Shown: piece after piece, positions 11,916 to 23,105 of the stretch
How positions within the stretch are numbered: position 1 is the stretch's first letter
How the letters are laid out: each line of letters begins with the position of its first letter
NCBI RefSeq assembly: GCF_006345805.1
Contig: NC_043005.1
Coordinates: forward strand, 65,348,001 to 65,412,000
Source of the DNA: Octopus sinensis
Taxonomy: Eukaryota
Length of the DNA stretch: 64,000 nt
Reading direction: 5' to 3'
Made by a program: the position numbers and the translations under genes
Notes under the pieces: model-generated
What the model saw: the letters and a program-made list of their open reading frames with translations, nothing else
Databases searched by the model: none
What the model was told of the DNA's origin: nothing

Positions 11916-14279
11916 GTAGAGAATCCACAACTCTAATAAGATTGTAAGCAACTTGCAAACAAATGAAGACAGTACATGAAAAATCCAGCCTTTGTAGAAA
12001 TGACAATTGCATAAGTTCAGAACCGAACGTCACAGAATAAAATCAATGGCCACCGATAATATTTCAATTAAATAGTTTTTGAACAAATTTTCATTGTCCC
12101 TGATCTAAGAAATGGTAGAAAAAAAATAATAATTGCTTTTTGTTTTATTCTCAAAAAAAAAAGTGCATTTTATATTTGTCTGCGTATTCAGTTTAGTTTG
12201 AATTTTTATTAACTATATTTTGAAATCTGCCAAAATAATAATGTGGAACTACTTGAAATATAAATAGCATGAAATAATAAGATAAGATTAAGATAAATTT
12301 TATATTTGTTCAGTCTTGGAATGAGTTGGAGCGGAGAAAATTAATTTTCTGCTGAATAGAAAGGTGTAATACACCTACTGAGGCATAATATCGAAAATTA
12401 GATGAAATGAAAAATTCATTTCTGACGTTTTAGTTATGGAAATATGTTAACAAATTAAATGGAATACAAACTTGAATTTTGGATTCAAAACTGTTGTAAG
12501 TTATATATATTGTATTGGTAGGATCGAAAGTGAATCGGACAAAATACCTTGTAGTTACGTCTCTTTAGGCTTTGGTTTCAAATCCCGTTGGCATTGATAT
12601 TTTTTTCATTTTTAAAGGGTTAATAAAATAAATAACGGCCAAGTGCTGTTACTTATGATTGAGTTTGTCCTCTTCCAAAATGTACATTATAAGTAATCGA
12701 TAATTAAGATAAACGTACGTGGTGACATATTTAATCATTGTAAGCTTTTGTCTCGGCTGAATGAATAATATGGAATCAAATTTGTAAATGAAGAGAGTAA
12801 ATAATACAAATAGGGGTGGAGAAGGAAAAAATCTAAGTCTACTACACAATCCCCTTGTGCACCATTTACTAGCACAGCTGTAATGCTGACGTATTTAGTG
12901 TATAATCAATCATGCAGCTACCGAAACCAGATTCAACTACTACTGTTAAAAATATTACCATGTGCAGCAATATCTTACATATAATAATCACACACACACA
13001 AACACACCCAGAGGTATTGGAATTGAAACGAGTAGACATGTGCTATATGTGTATACATTTACCTGTCTGCCAAACTTATGGCTTTTTATAAAATTCTTCC
13101 GACTACTTCAAGTATTCCAAATTTTCATCAGATTTTTTTTAATTTTCTACTCTGATGTAGTTTAGCATGTTGATGGCGAAAATCACATTAACAGCAAAGA
13201 GTTACAAGTATTTAAAATAATGTACTTTCAGTCAATCGGAAGCGTACATTACCGACCCAACCAAACCGGAAGTTGCGGCTTTTGTCTCCATGGAAACAGT
13301 ACACACAACGAAGACGAAACCTTTACGTGGTCCCATGACCTGTTAGAAATAGCAGCAATTTTTTTCTTAAATTACACTATAACATCTAAAAAATCACATT
13401 GTGCCACAGAAACATCTTCCCCACCTGAGGCATGATCCAATTGCTTTCATTTGTCGAGTGTTAATAACAATATTTATATTAAAGTCAATCTCCACAAACA
13501 TAAATCTTGTATCGAACTGCCGGCCATCGAAACCTTTACTGTGCATCACAGATCGATACTAAATGTACTTTCTTCTTTATGATAAAATTGAAAACAAAGT
13601 TTGGTGGTGGAGACCGAATTGGCAATCAATGATGTCATTGTATGAAGTGTACTGTTGATCCCAATCACCCTCATCGTCGTCGTCGTCATCACCATCATCA
13701 TCATCATCTTTGTCATGAATAGTGCACTTCATACAGCAACAACGTTTGTAAGTAGTTCATTCTCTACCCACGCAAACTTTATCTTTCAAAATTTGTTTAC
13801 AATTTTATCACAAGTAAAGTAAAAGTACTTTTAATATCGATTATATCATATGTGCATACACTGACCTACTCCTGCATGCACAAATAGACAAATATACAAA
13901 GACATTATTTCGAGTAAACTTTTATTAACAGACATGCATGTTCACCAAGATGGTCCTATGCATTGTCACGCACCCGAGCATAAAATTGTACATAAGGCAT
14001 ACGAGTTATGCATGAATGAAGACATGATTACGCACGAAGTCGTAGGCGAGTAGATTAACAAAGATTATGCAAGCATACAAACACACAAAACACAAAATTA
14101 TGGATTCATAGACTACAGAGCTATAATATATGGAAGCTCACTATGTTGAGCAGTCACTTGAATACCCCAAATGCATCGCTTTATGGATATAAAACATAAA
14201 TACTTTGGTTGCTCAGTTAGCACACACAGACACATATGTGTATATATTTATATATATACGTAAAATGTGTGTGTGTGTG

Positions 14280-14452
14280 TATACACACATGGTTCCGGGT
14301 TCAGTCCCACTGCGTGGCACCTTGGGCAAGTATCTTCGACTATAACTTCGGGCCAACCAAAGGTTTGCGACTGGATTTGGTTGACGGAAACTGAAAGATC
14401 ATCATGTGTGTGTCTCTGTGTGTGCGTGTGAGACAGAGAGAGAGAGAGAGAG

Positions 14453-14493
<41 letters not shown>

Positions 14494-14730
14494 GTGTGTG
14501 TGTGTGTGTTTGTGTGTGTGTGTGCATGTTGTGTGTATGTGTGTGTGTCTTTGTCTCTGTTCCCCACCACTGCTTGACAAGCAGCGTTGATGTGCTTGCG
14601 TCCCCATACATTGCCGGTTCGGCAAAAGAGACCGATAGAATAAGTATCAGGCTTAAAAAATAGATACTGGATCGATTCATTCGAGGCGATGCCCAGCATG
14701 GCCGCAGTCTAATGACTGAAATAAATAAAA
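14280..14730 (+). mobile_element. SINE family A with internal (GA)n(GT)n expansion
   Basis: catggttccgggttcagtcccactgcgtggcaccttgggcaag...gagaccgatagaataagta...ccccagcatggccgcagtc. Confidence 0.85.
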
Positions 14731-14771
14731 ATAAAAGATATATATACTTTGTACGCATGTACGTAGATATG

Positions 14772-14802
<31 letters not shown>

Positions 14803-15260
14803 TATATATATACTTATGTACATGTGTGTGTGTGTGTGTGTGTGTGTGCGTGCTGCGTGCGTGTGTCCATATAGACATACATTGAATTATCAGATGAGGT
14901 AATTGTATTTTTTCCATTTATTTTAATCATTTCCAATTTTATTTGAATTATAACCAAAATAATTTTATCGTAGAGGTTTTGTCTGTTTGCTTTTGTTTTT
15001 TCTTGCGTTCTTGTCCCATTTTGTAGTTATATATATATATATATATAAATTCAGGGTGAGTACTTGATAATTGTAAGCACCTGTATATACCGTTTGGTGG
15101 TGTAGGTGGTGGAGTAAATTAATCAAAATAAAAACATGATGCCAAAAACATGATGCCAAATAAAAATGCTGTTGCCGCATTATGTCGTACGCGAATGAGA
15201 GGATTTGCATCCCCACGCAGAATTTTTGATGTAATACATGTCCTGAGGTAGTAGTTTTGC

Positions 15261-15339
15261 GCGGCTGAAGAAGGCCCATAGACACACATTATGCATTGTT
15301 ATAAATCCGTCTAATAAAGGCCCGAAACATATGTACCGC
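15261..15339 (+). ncRNA. Putative type I hammerhead ribozyme with long loop II
   Basis: GCGG-CTGAAGA-aGGCC...GGCCc-GAAA-CATATG-TA-CCGC. Palindromic helix III ACATATGT; GUA cleavage after 15335. Confidence 0.65.
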
Positions 15340-15380
15340 TGAATCCTTCGCATCATGTTTTTATTTTATTAATTTATTTG

Positions 15381-15420
<40 letters not shown>

Positions 15421-15652
15421 TATTATATATTATATATATATATATATATATGATAAATATCAAAGTGAGTTATATACAGTAGCGGGTAACACATCGTGAC
15501 GTATTTTTGCCATTTCAATATGGCTAACCCCTAAGGGTGGATGCTACTGTAGTTTTTAGCCCCAGGAGGACACACTCCTCCAGCTGGCCATAGACACACT
15601 ATCTGTGTCCTGTCAGTATTTGCAAAGGGAGTCATCCTTCCGTCTTCAACTT

Positions 15653-15710
15653 ATGATACACACGGACTCGAGTTCGAGGTATTGACCTCTCGTCAGCGTG
15701 TGACAATCAT
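15653..15710 (-). ncRNA. Type I hammerhead ribozyme copy with GAAA shortened to GAA
   Basis: Minus strand: atgattgtCACACG-CTGACGA-GAGGT-caat-ACCTC-GAA-CTCGAG-TC-CGTGTG; one A missing relative to the other copies. Confidence 0.7.
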
Positions 15711-16001
15711 AGTTGTCGCCGAGAATTAGATTTCCTTCACAAATACTTATACTTTTTCCAGCGTCCACTGTCGCTGATATTGAAAAGTGAAATCAAACAA
15801 TGATAAATATCAAGTGAGTTATATACAGTAGCGGTAACACATCGTGACGTATTTTGGCCATTTCAATATGGCTAACCCCTAAGGGTGATGCGACTGTAGT
15901 TTTAGCCCCAGGAGGACACACTCCTCCAGCTGGCCATAGACACACAACTATCTGTTTCTGTCAGTATTTGCAAAGGGAAGTCATCCTTCCGTCTTCCACT
16001 T

Positions 16002-16060
16002 ATGATACACACGGACTCGAGTTTCGAGGTATTGACCTCTCGTCAGCGTGTGACAATCAT
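16002..16060 (-). ncRNA. Type I hammerhead ribozyme, intact
   Basis: Minus strand: CACACG-CTGACGA-GAGGT-caat-ACCTC-GAAA-CTCGAG-TC-CGTGTG; predicted cleavage between 16014 and 16013. Confidence 0.88.
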
Positions 16061-16471
16061 AGTTGTCGCCGAGAATTAGATTTCCTTCACAAATACTTAT
16101 ACTTTTTCCAGCGTCCACTGTCGCTGATATTGAAAAAGAGAGGTCAATACCTCGAAACTCGAGTCCGTGTGTATCATAAGTTGAAGACGGGAAGGATGAC
16201 TTCCCTTTGCAAATACTGACAGGACACAGATAGTGTGTCTATGGCCAGCTGGAGGAGTGTGTCCTCCTGGGGCTAAAAACTACAGTAGCATCCACCCTTA
16301 GGGGTTAGCCATATTGAAATGGCAAAAATACGTCACGATGTGTTACCGCTACTGTATATAACTCACTTTGATATTTATCATTGTTTGATTTCACTTTTTC
16401 AATATCAGCGACAGTGGACGCTGGAAAAAGTATAAGTATTTGTGAAGGAAATCTAATTCTCGGCGACAACT

Positions 16472-16530
16472 ATGATTGTCACACGCTGACGAGAGGTCAA
16501 TACCTCGAAACTCGAGTCCGTGTGTATCAT
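16472..16530 (+). ncRNA. Type I hammerhead ribozyme, intact
   Basis: CUGACGA 16486-16492, helix II GAGGT/ACCTC, GAAA 16507-16510, palindromic helix III ACTCGAGT, GUC cleavage after 16518. Helix I CACACG/CGTGTG is extended by ATGAT/ATCAT. Confidence 0.9.
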
Positions 16531-16819
16531 AAGTTGAAGACGGGAAGGATGACTTCCCTTGCAAATACTGACAGGACACAGATAGTGTGTCTATGGCCAG
16601 CTGGAGGAGTGTGTCCTCCTGGGGCTAAAAACTACAGTAGCATCCACCTTAGGGGTTAGCCATATTGAAATGGCAAAAATACGTCACGATGTGTTACGCT
16701 ACTGTATATAACTCACTTTGATATTATCATGTTTGATTTCACTTTTTCAATATCAGCGACAGTGGACGCTGGAAAAAGTATAAGTATTTGTGAAGGAAAT
16801 CTAATTCTCGGCGACAACT

Positions 16820-16878
16820 ATGATTGTCACACGCTGACGAGAGGTCAATACCTCGAAACTCGAGTCCGTGTGTATCAT
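16820..16878 (+). ncRNA. Type I hammerhead ribozyme, intact
   Basis: Identical motif; CUGACGA 16834-16840, cleavage after 16866, which is 348 nt after the previous site. Confidence 0.9.
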
Positions 16879-17066
16879 AAGTTGAAGACGGGAAGGATGA
16901 CTCCCTTTGCAAATACTGACAGGACACAGATAGTGGTGTCTATGGCCAGCTGGAGGAGTGTGTCCTCCTGGGGCTAAAAACTACAGTAGCATCCACCCTT
17001 AGGGGTTAGCCATATTGAAATGGCAAAAATACGTCACGATATATATATATATATATATATATGTTT

Positions 17067-17102
<36 letters not shown>

Positions 17103-17199
17103 GAATGCTTACATGTATAAAAGATGTACACCTATGCGTGTGTATAGGTATATATGCATATAGGTGTGTAGGAAGATATATATTTTTACAATACTGAAA

Positions 17200-18030
17200 T
17201 ATACTTAGAAATTGAATCTAACCCGCCTTGTTCAATAGACGTTTTACTGCGTCTGTGTTTTTCCAATTTCCTCAATAAACATTATTTGGGATGTATACAT
17301 TTTTTTCTATACATTTGATTCTACTTACATTTTATTCTATGGACATCTTTTATGCATATTTTTTGTACCCATATTATTGTATAAACTGCTTTTAGTTAAT
17401 CCCTATTTCGAGCAGCTTTTGCTACTTTTCAGAGTCAGGTTTTTTTCTATCCATCTATATAATTTCCTCACCTATCATATGCTTTTCCTGTCGCTGCCAG
17501 TTCCCTTTTAAACTTAAAGTTATAAACACTACATGACGTTGTATCACATACACAATATACACTCATATAAATATCACATCGTTTTTCTTCTTTATTTTAT
17601 TTCTCTTTAGCATTATCTTGTAAGTGCTTCCTTTCTAATTTTTCCTAAACAAAATCCCTCCACCTTTATAAGAAGCTTATTCTTAATTCGTTTACTAATT
17701 CGTTTTATTTGTATATATTTTCTGTGATAGTCTCTTGCACTTGGTTTGATTTTAAATTCTAAGATCTGTCTCATTGTTTGTATTTGTATACCCGTTTCTA
17801 AGATTATTGATGATTTACACTATCTGGTTTTTAATTCTAATTCGACACATCTCAACGCTTATATCAGTTTTCGATACTTTCAATAGCTTTCATCCTACAG
17901 TTGCTTATTATTTTGAATAGTAATTCCCCAACTACCTTACAATATTTATTCGATGCGTTTGTAATTATGAATACTTATAAATGCTTATGAACTATCACAT
18001 TGCTCTAAATACTCATCATTGATGTTCAGT
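17200..18030 (-). pseudogene. Highly decayed L1/Tx1-like ORF2 fragment (post-RT region)
   Basis: Manual translation gives WIEKNLTLKSSK..KSSLY and IEQGGLDSI, resembling W..R.LTL.G and P...GGL.I motifs; many stops. Confidence 0.35.
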
Positions 18031-18064
18031 TGTGTGAAAATTTGACTAAAAGTTTGTGAATGAT

Positions 18065-18232
18065 TGGCGGTATTTCGCTCATCGCTATGTTCTGAGTTCA
18101 AATTCTGCCGAGGTCGACTTTGCCTTTCATCCTTCCGGGATCAATAAATCAAGTACCAGTTGCGTACTGCGGTCGATCTAATCTAATGGCCCTCTTCCCA
18201 AAATTTCAGGCCTTGTACTTATAGTAGTAAGG
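18065..18232 (+). mobile_element. SINE family B
   Basis: gcggtatttcg...gttctgagttcaaattctgccgaggtcgactttgcctttcatcc...ggccttgtacttatagtag. Confidence 0.8.
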
Positions 18233-18263
18233 AGTATATACATATATGTAAACGCATGTAAGG

Positions 18264-18294
<31 letters not shown>

Positions 18295-18303
18295 TATATG
18301 TAT

Positions 18304-18346
<43 letters not shown>

Positions 18347-18368
18347 TACATATGAGTGTGTGTGTTTG

Positions 18369-18403
<35 letters not shown>

Positions 18404-18924
18404 GTATTATGTGTGCGTACGTGTGTATATTAGAATTAAATGAATTTGGTGGACAAGAGATTGGCATATTAATGGCGGAAATTATTTGAGTGATAAAGAA
18501 CGTGCTGCAACTGAATCAACATCATGATTGGGTAAGCATATGCAATCTTCTACCTTTCACAAGCATTTATCTGGCCACACAGAAAATGCGCGTAGGATAT
18601 TTAAATCGGAGCCATTATATCACTCGAAGATATACTTATCAGTAATGTAAACAGAATTTTCGTTCTGCTCCTTAACACCTCTTTGAAAAAGATAGTTTGA
18701 GTAAATAATAAGATAGCTAATGCAAGGATGCTATAAAATATAAGATATGATGCCCAAACGGGTAATAAAATAATGAGTGTAGGGAAAACTTCCGATAAAC
18801 TGAAATCAAAATATGAAATTATGGAGAAACACGTTGATCCATTAATTCATGAAACTTGTCCTACTTATACTGTTGGGATGTATCATAAGTTTAGTCATAA
18901 GCAAAATATATTCTAATATATTCG

Positions 18925-19244
18925 TTTATCTTTTATTTGTTCCAGTTATTAGACTGTGGTCATGCTGGAGCACTTCCTTGAAGATATTTTAGTCGAATGA
19001 ATTAACACCAGTACTTATTTTATTGGCCTCTTATGTCGAAACTCTGTATTGCAGGGACATGTGCAGACTAACACCGGTTGTCAAGCGGTGGGGGAACAAA
19101 CACAGATACACACTCAACACACACACACACACACATACATACATACATACATACATACATACATACATACATACATACATACATACATACATACATACAA
19201 ATATACATACATACATATATACATACATATATATGTTATATGTG

Positions 19245-19285
<41 letters not shown>

Positions 19286-19445
19286 GATGGTCTTCTTTCA
19301 CTTTCTGTCGACCAAATCAACTCACAAAGCTTTGGTCGGCCCGTGACTATAATAGAAGACACTTGCCCATGATGTCACGCAGTGTGACTGAACCCGGAGC
19401 CATGTGGTTTGGAAGCCACACAACTTCTTGTCACACAGCCAATCC
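18925..19445 (-). mobile_element. SINE family A with internal microsatellites
   Basis: gactgtggtcatgctggagcac...acaaagctttggtcggcc...gactgaacccggagccatgtggtt...cacagcca. Confidence 0.8.
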
Positions 19446-19804
19446 TGCGCTTATCGTATATATATATATTTTCTCTTCTTTCAGAAGTCTACGTTTGGTT
19501 GCATTTCGTTTTCACATGCAAACGATAATATGTTCCAGAATTTTATGAGGGAACATGATATTTCAATTAAAGATTGACAATGTGAGGCAATTACATATGA
19601 TTCTCTTGAAAAGCAATTACTAAAATATGATTATTTTGTGGTTTCTCAGCAGAGTGTAACGAGCAAAGTTATCTCTCGGTTGAACAGAATCTCATGCTGA
19701 TTCAGATTTTTATTGCTGTGTAATAAGGTCTTCTGTACACGTTTTAGTCAAATTCACTCAGATATAATGAACAATGAAACCATTACAAGTCCCGAAAAGT
19801 TTGT

Positions 19805-19849
<45 letters not shown>

Positions 19850-19851
<2 letters not shown>

Positions 19852-19968
19852 TAATCCAAACAAGAAAGCACAAAAAAAAAACACAGCAACGCGAGGACGT
19901 GGAACAAATATAGTATTATTGAACGCTCAGGAAAGAAGGAAAGAAGGAGGGTTTAACGTTTCGAGCGG
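19850..19968 (-). mobile_element. PLE tail family F fragment truncated in hammerhead helix II
   Basis: Reverse complement is ccgctcGAAACGTTaaa...tttggattaac(TA)n, matching 49924-50041. Confidence 0.65.
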
Positions 19969-20396
19969 TCACATTTATATATATATATATATGTATGTAT
20001 GTATGTATGTATATATGTATGTATGTATGCATGTGTATGTATGTATGTATGTATGTATATGTATGTATGTATATTTGTGTGTGTATATGTATGTATATAT
20101 ATATGTCAATATATCAATAATAACAAAGGGTGAAATTAATTAATTACGAAGTAATCAGTAATTTCACCAAGTAGAATTCAGCATGTAAAAGATCAATTTA
20201 TGGTAAGTTAAGTAATACTAAATAATTAGGGTTCAGCAACGATTTGCCTCACCACATACTGAAGTTTAGAAATAGCAGTCAAAATCTTGGCTATTCTTTC
20301 TACTTTAAAGGGAGATCCCAGAGAAACCATAGCACTCAAAAGCAAACTACGCAGGTAGAAGAGAAAAAATGACGAAAATCATTCTATATTAAGTTG

Positions 20397-20487
20397 CCTA
20401 CGGACGCGCGTTTCGGAATTAAGCCAGAATAGAGCATAAATAATAAATAATTATACCTTACCTGACTATTTTCCTCATCAGCGTAGG
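20397..20487 (-). ncRNA. Type I hammerhead ribozyme with long helix/loop II
   Basis: Minus strand: CCTACG-CTGATGA-GGAA...TTCC-GAAA-CGCGCG-TC-CGTAGG. Helix I 6 bp perfect, palindromic helix III ACGCGCGT. Confidence 0.85.
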
Positions 20488-20989
20488 ATTCTTCAACCAT
20501 AAATAATTGCGTCTCAATTATTAATAATTGTGTATTAAATTTGAAGGCACTGGGAACCATCACTTCACCTCATGGTATCAGAGAGAACGTATACCTTGTC
20601 AGTACCGCCAAATTCAAAAAGTGAATGAGAGTAGGTCACTCTCCCCTGTCCACCAGCGCGTTGTCAAAGTAAGATGCCACAGTTTTCTCTGGGAGGAAAT
20701 ACCATTATCAATAATAACAAAGGGTGAAATTAATTAATTACGAAGTAATCAGTAATTTCACCAAGTAGAATTCAGCATGTAAAAGACCAATTCATGGTAA
20801 GTTAAGTAATACTAAATAATTAGGGTTCAGCAACGATTTGCCTCACCACATACTGAAGTTTAGAAATAGCTATCAAAATCTTGGCTATTTTTCTACTTTA
20901 AAGGGAAATCCCAGAGAAACCAAAGCACTCAAAAGCAAACCACGCAGGTAGAAGGGAAACAATGACGAAAATCATTCTATATTAAGTTG

Positions 20990-21080
20990 CCTACGGACGC
21001 GCGTTTCGGAATTAAGCCAGAATAGAGCATAAATAATAAATAATTATACCATACCTGACTATTTTCCTCATCAGCGTAGG
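20990..21080 (-). ncRNA. Type I hammerhead ribozyme with long helix/loop II (second copy)
   Basis: Same motif, 593 nt from the first copy. Confidence 0.85.
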
Positions 21081-21322
21081 ATTCTTTTGACTGCGATTCT
21101 AAATTTAGCTTAATTCTGAAACGCGCGTCCGTAGGCAACTTAATATAGAATGATTTTCGTCATTTTTTCCCTTCTACCTGCGTGGTTTGCTTTGAGTGCT
21201 TTGGTTTCTCTGGGATCTCCCTTTAAAGTAGAAAGAATAGCCAAGATTTTGACTGCTATTTCTAAACTTCAGTATGTGGTGAGGCAAATCGTTGCTGAAC
21301 CCTAATTATTTAGTATATGTCA

Positions 21323-21353
<31 letters not shown>

Positions 21354-22204
21354 ATATAATATATATATATAATATATATATAATATATATATATACATAT
21401 ATATATATACATATATATATATACATATGACTATTACACACACATAAGCACACAAATAATGCATTCATACATACAAACATATAGATATATTGATATATAT
21501 ATAACCCAAGTACTAAGACAAAATACTTTGCCACATCTTGAATGATCAGTTACAATTGTTTGTGTACTAAATCTGCTTTCAAAGCCAGCTCACGCAGAAG
21601 TACAAAGTAATGATTTACGTAATATTTGCGGTTCTTTACATTAGAGCGATATTTCTTGAGACCCACATCAAAGATGCGCTCTTACTGTGTGCGTCTGTCA
21701 GACTTTGTGCTTTGCTTATATGACGAAAAGGTAAACAGACTGAGGACAGGACAGCATGGCGAGTAAAGTAGCAATGCCAAAGTAGATAAACATATGGTTA
21801 GATGAAGAAGCAGTAGGAGTGAAAGAAGAAAAGGGAGCAGAGGTGGAAGAGGAAAAAAAATAGACGCATTCATATCGTTTATTATGTTTTTCTTTTAATT
21901 GTTTCAGTCATTTCATTGCGGCCATGCTGGGGCACCGCCTTGAACGTGTTTTAGTTACAAGTCAAACGCAGACATATAAACTCACGTCCATAAAATATAA
22001 ATACTAATCTTAAATCATAAGGGAAGTCACATATTTGGTAAGGCATGAAAAGGCAGAGTAGTGAGAAAGCGAGATGAAAAATACAATGAAATAAGACTGA
22101 GGATGGGAGTACGTATATTTGGGTGTCTGTCTAATTGTATGTAAATGTATATATGTATGTGTGTGTGTGAAAGAGAGAGAGAGAGAGAGAGAGAGAGTGG
22201 GGGC

Positions 22205-22450
22205 GGAGGTGCGTGGCTAAGTGGTTAAGGTTTCAGCATCATGATCGTAAGGTTGTGGTTTCGATTCCTGGACCGGGCGACACGTTGTGTTCTTGAACAA
22301 AACACTTCATTTCTCGTTGCTCCAGTCCACCGAGCTGGCAAAAATGAGTAACGCTGCGATGGACTGGCGTCCCGTCAAGCTGGGGACAACATACGCCATG
22401 GAAACCGGGAAACCGGGCTCATGAGTCTGGCTAGGCTTTAAAAGGGCGCA
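22205..22450 (+). mobile_element. tRNA-derived SINE family C
   Basis: gcgtggctaagtggttaagg...gatcgtaaggttgtggtttcgattcctgg...aaacacttcatttctcgttgctccagtc. Confidence 0.8.
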
Positions 22451-22971
22451 TTTATATTTATTTTATATATATTTATAACTATGAGAGTGGTTGTCTAAAT
22501 GTATTTGTGCAAGTATATATACTATACAACCTATCTTCAGCGGAGGGCCCGCAAGGAGGGGTCGATTGAGCTTGGTGCTCTCTGACGTTTGGCCTCTCCC
22601 GTGTGCAGGTCGCTTACGAAGCAAAGTGCATACTGCTGTCATTTCTAACCAACAGTTATCCTGTGCCGATGAAGTAAAGTAACCCAGAAACGATTGTCCT
22701 GCGTCGGTAGCCAGCTGGAAAAGATCTTTTCCTGGGGTTAAAATAAGGTAGTAACATTGGACAAATAGATTTTACTTTATCATCTAATCCTTTACCCTTA
22801 ACTCATATTTTATAAGTCATATTTTCATACTTTTATTTCATATTTGTTTACATTTCTTAATGTTCGTTTATAACGAATTAGCATTTTATAGCATCATTAA
22901 TACTTGTGTTAATTCTTAATTCTTATTTTTATGTTTATTATTTATTTATTTGTTTGTTTATTTATTTTAAG

Positions 22972-23105
22972 GTCCAAACTGGCAGAATCGTTAGAACACG
23001 GGGAGAAATTCTTAGCAGTATTTTGTCCATCCTTACGTTCTGAGTTCAAATTTTGCAGAGATGGTCTTTACTTTCATCCTTTCGAGGTCGATAAAATCAA
23101 GTACC
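22972..23105 (+). mobile_element. SINE family B fragment
   Basis: ctggcagaatcgttag...cgttctgagttcaaatt...tcatcctttcgaggtcgataaaatcaagtacc. Confidence 0.75.

Larger units (their letters stand above)
15451..17040. mobile_element. Non-LTR retrozyme-like array: ~348-nt HHR repeats, 2 units head-to-tail then ~2.6 units inverted, flanked by (TA)n
   Basis: Units 15451-15800 and 15801-16137 are followed by reverse-complement units 16138-16380, 16381-16729 and 16730-17040. Near-identical, no credible ORF, one hammerhead per unit. Confidence 0.85.
20112..21316 (-). mobile_element. Second HHR-bearing repeat family: ~593-nt tandem (1.6 units) plus inverted partial copy, flanked by TA-rich microsatellites
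   Basis: 20112-20705 recurs at 20706-21086; 21108-21316 is the reverse complement of ~20809-21017; one hammerhead per unit. Confidence 0.8.

Noticed and set aside
15451-17040. CRISPR-like or satellite interpretation of the repeat array
   Set aside because: Units are ~348 bp with no short repeat-spacer structure and the context is eukaryotic; the conserved ribozyme explains the repeat better.
22660-22705. ccgatga...ccaGAAACGATTGTC HHR-like string
   Set aside because: Core U4 is mutated, and helices I and II do not pair.
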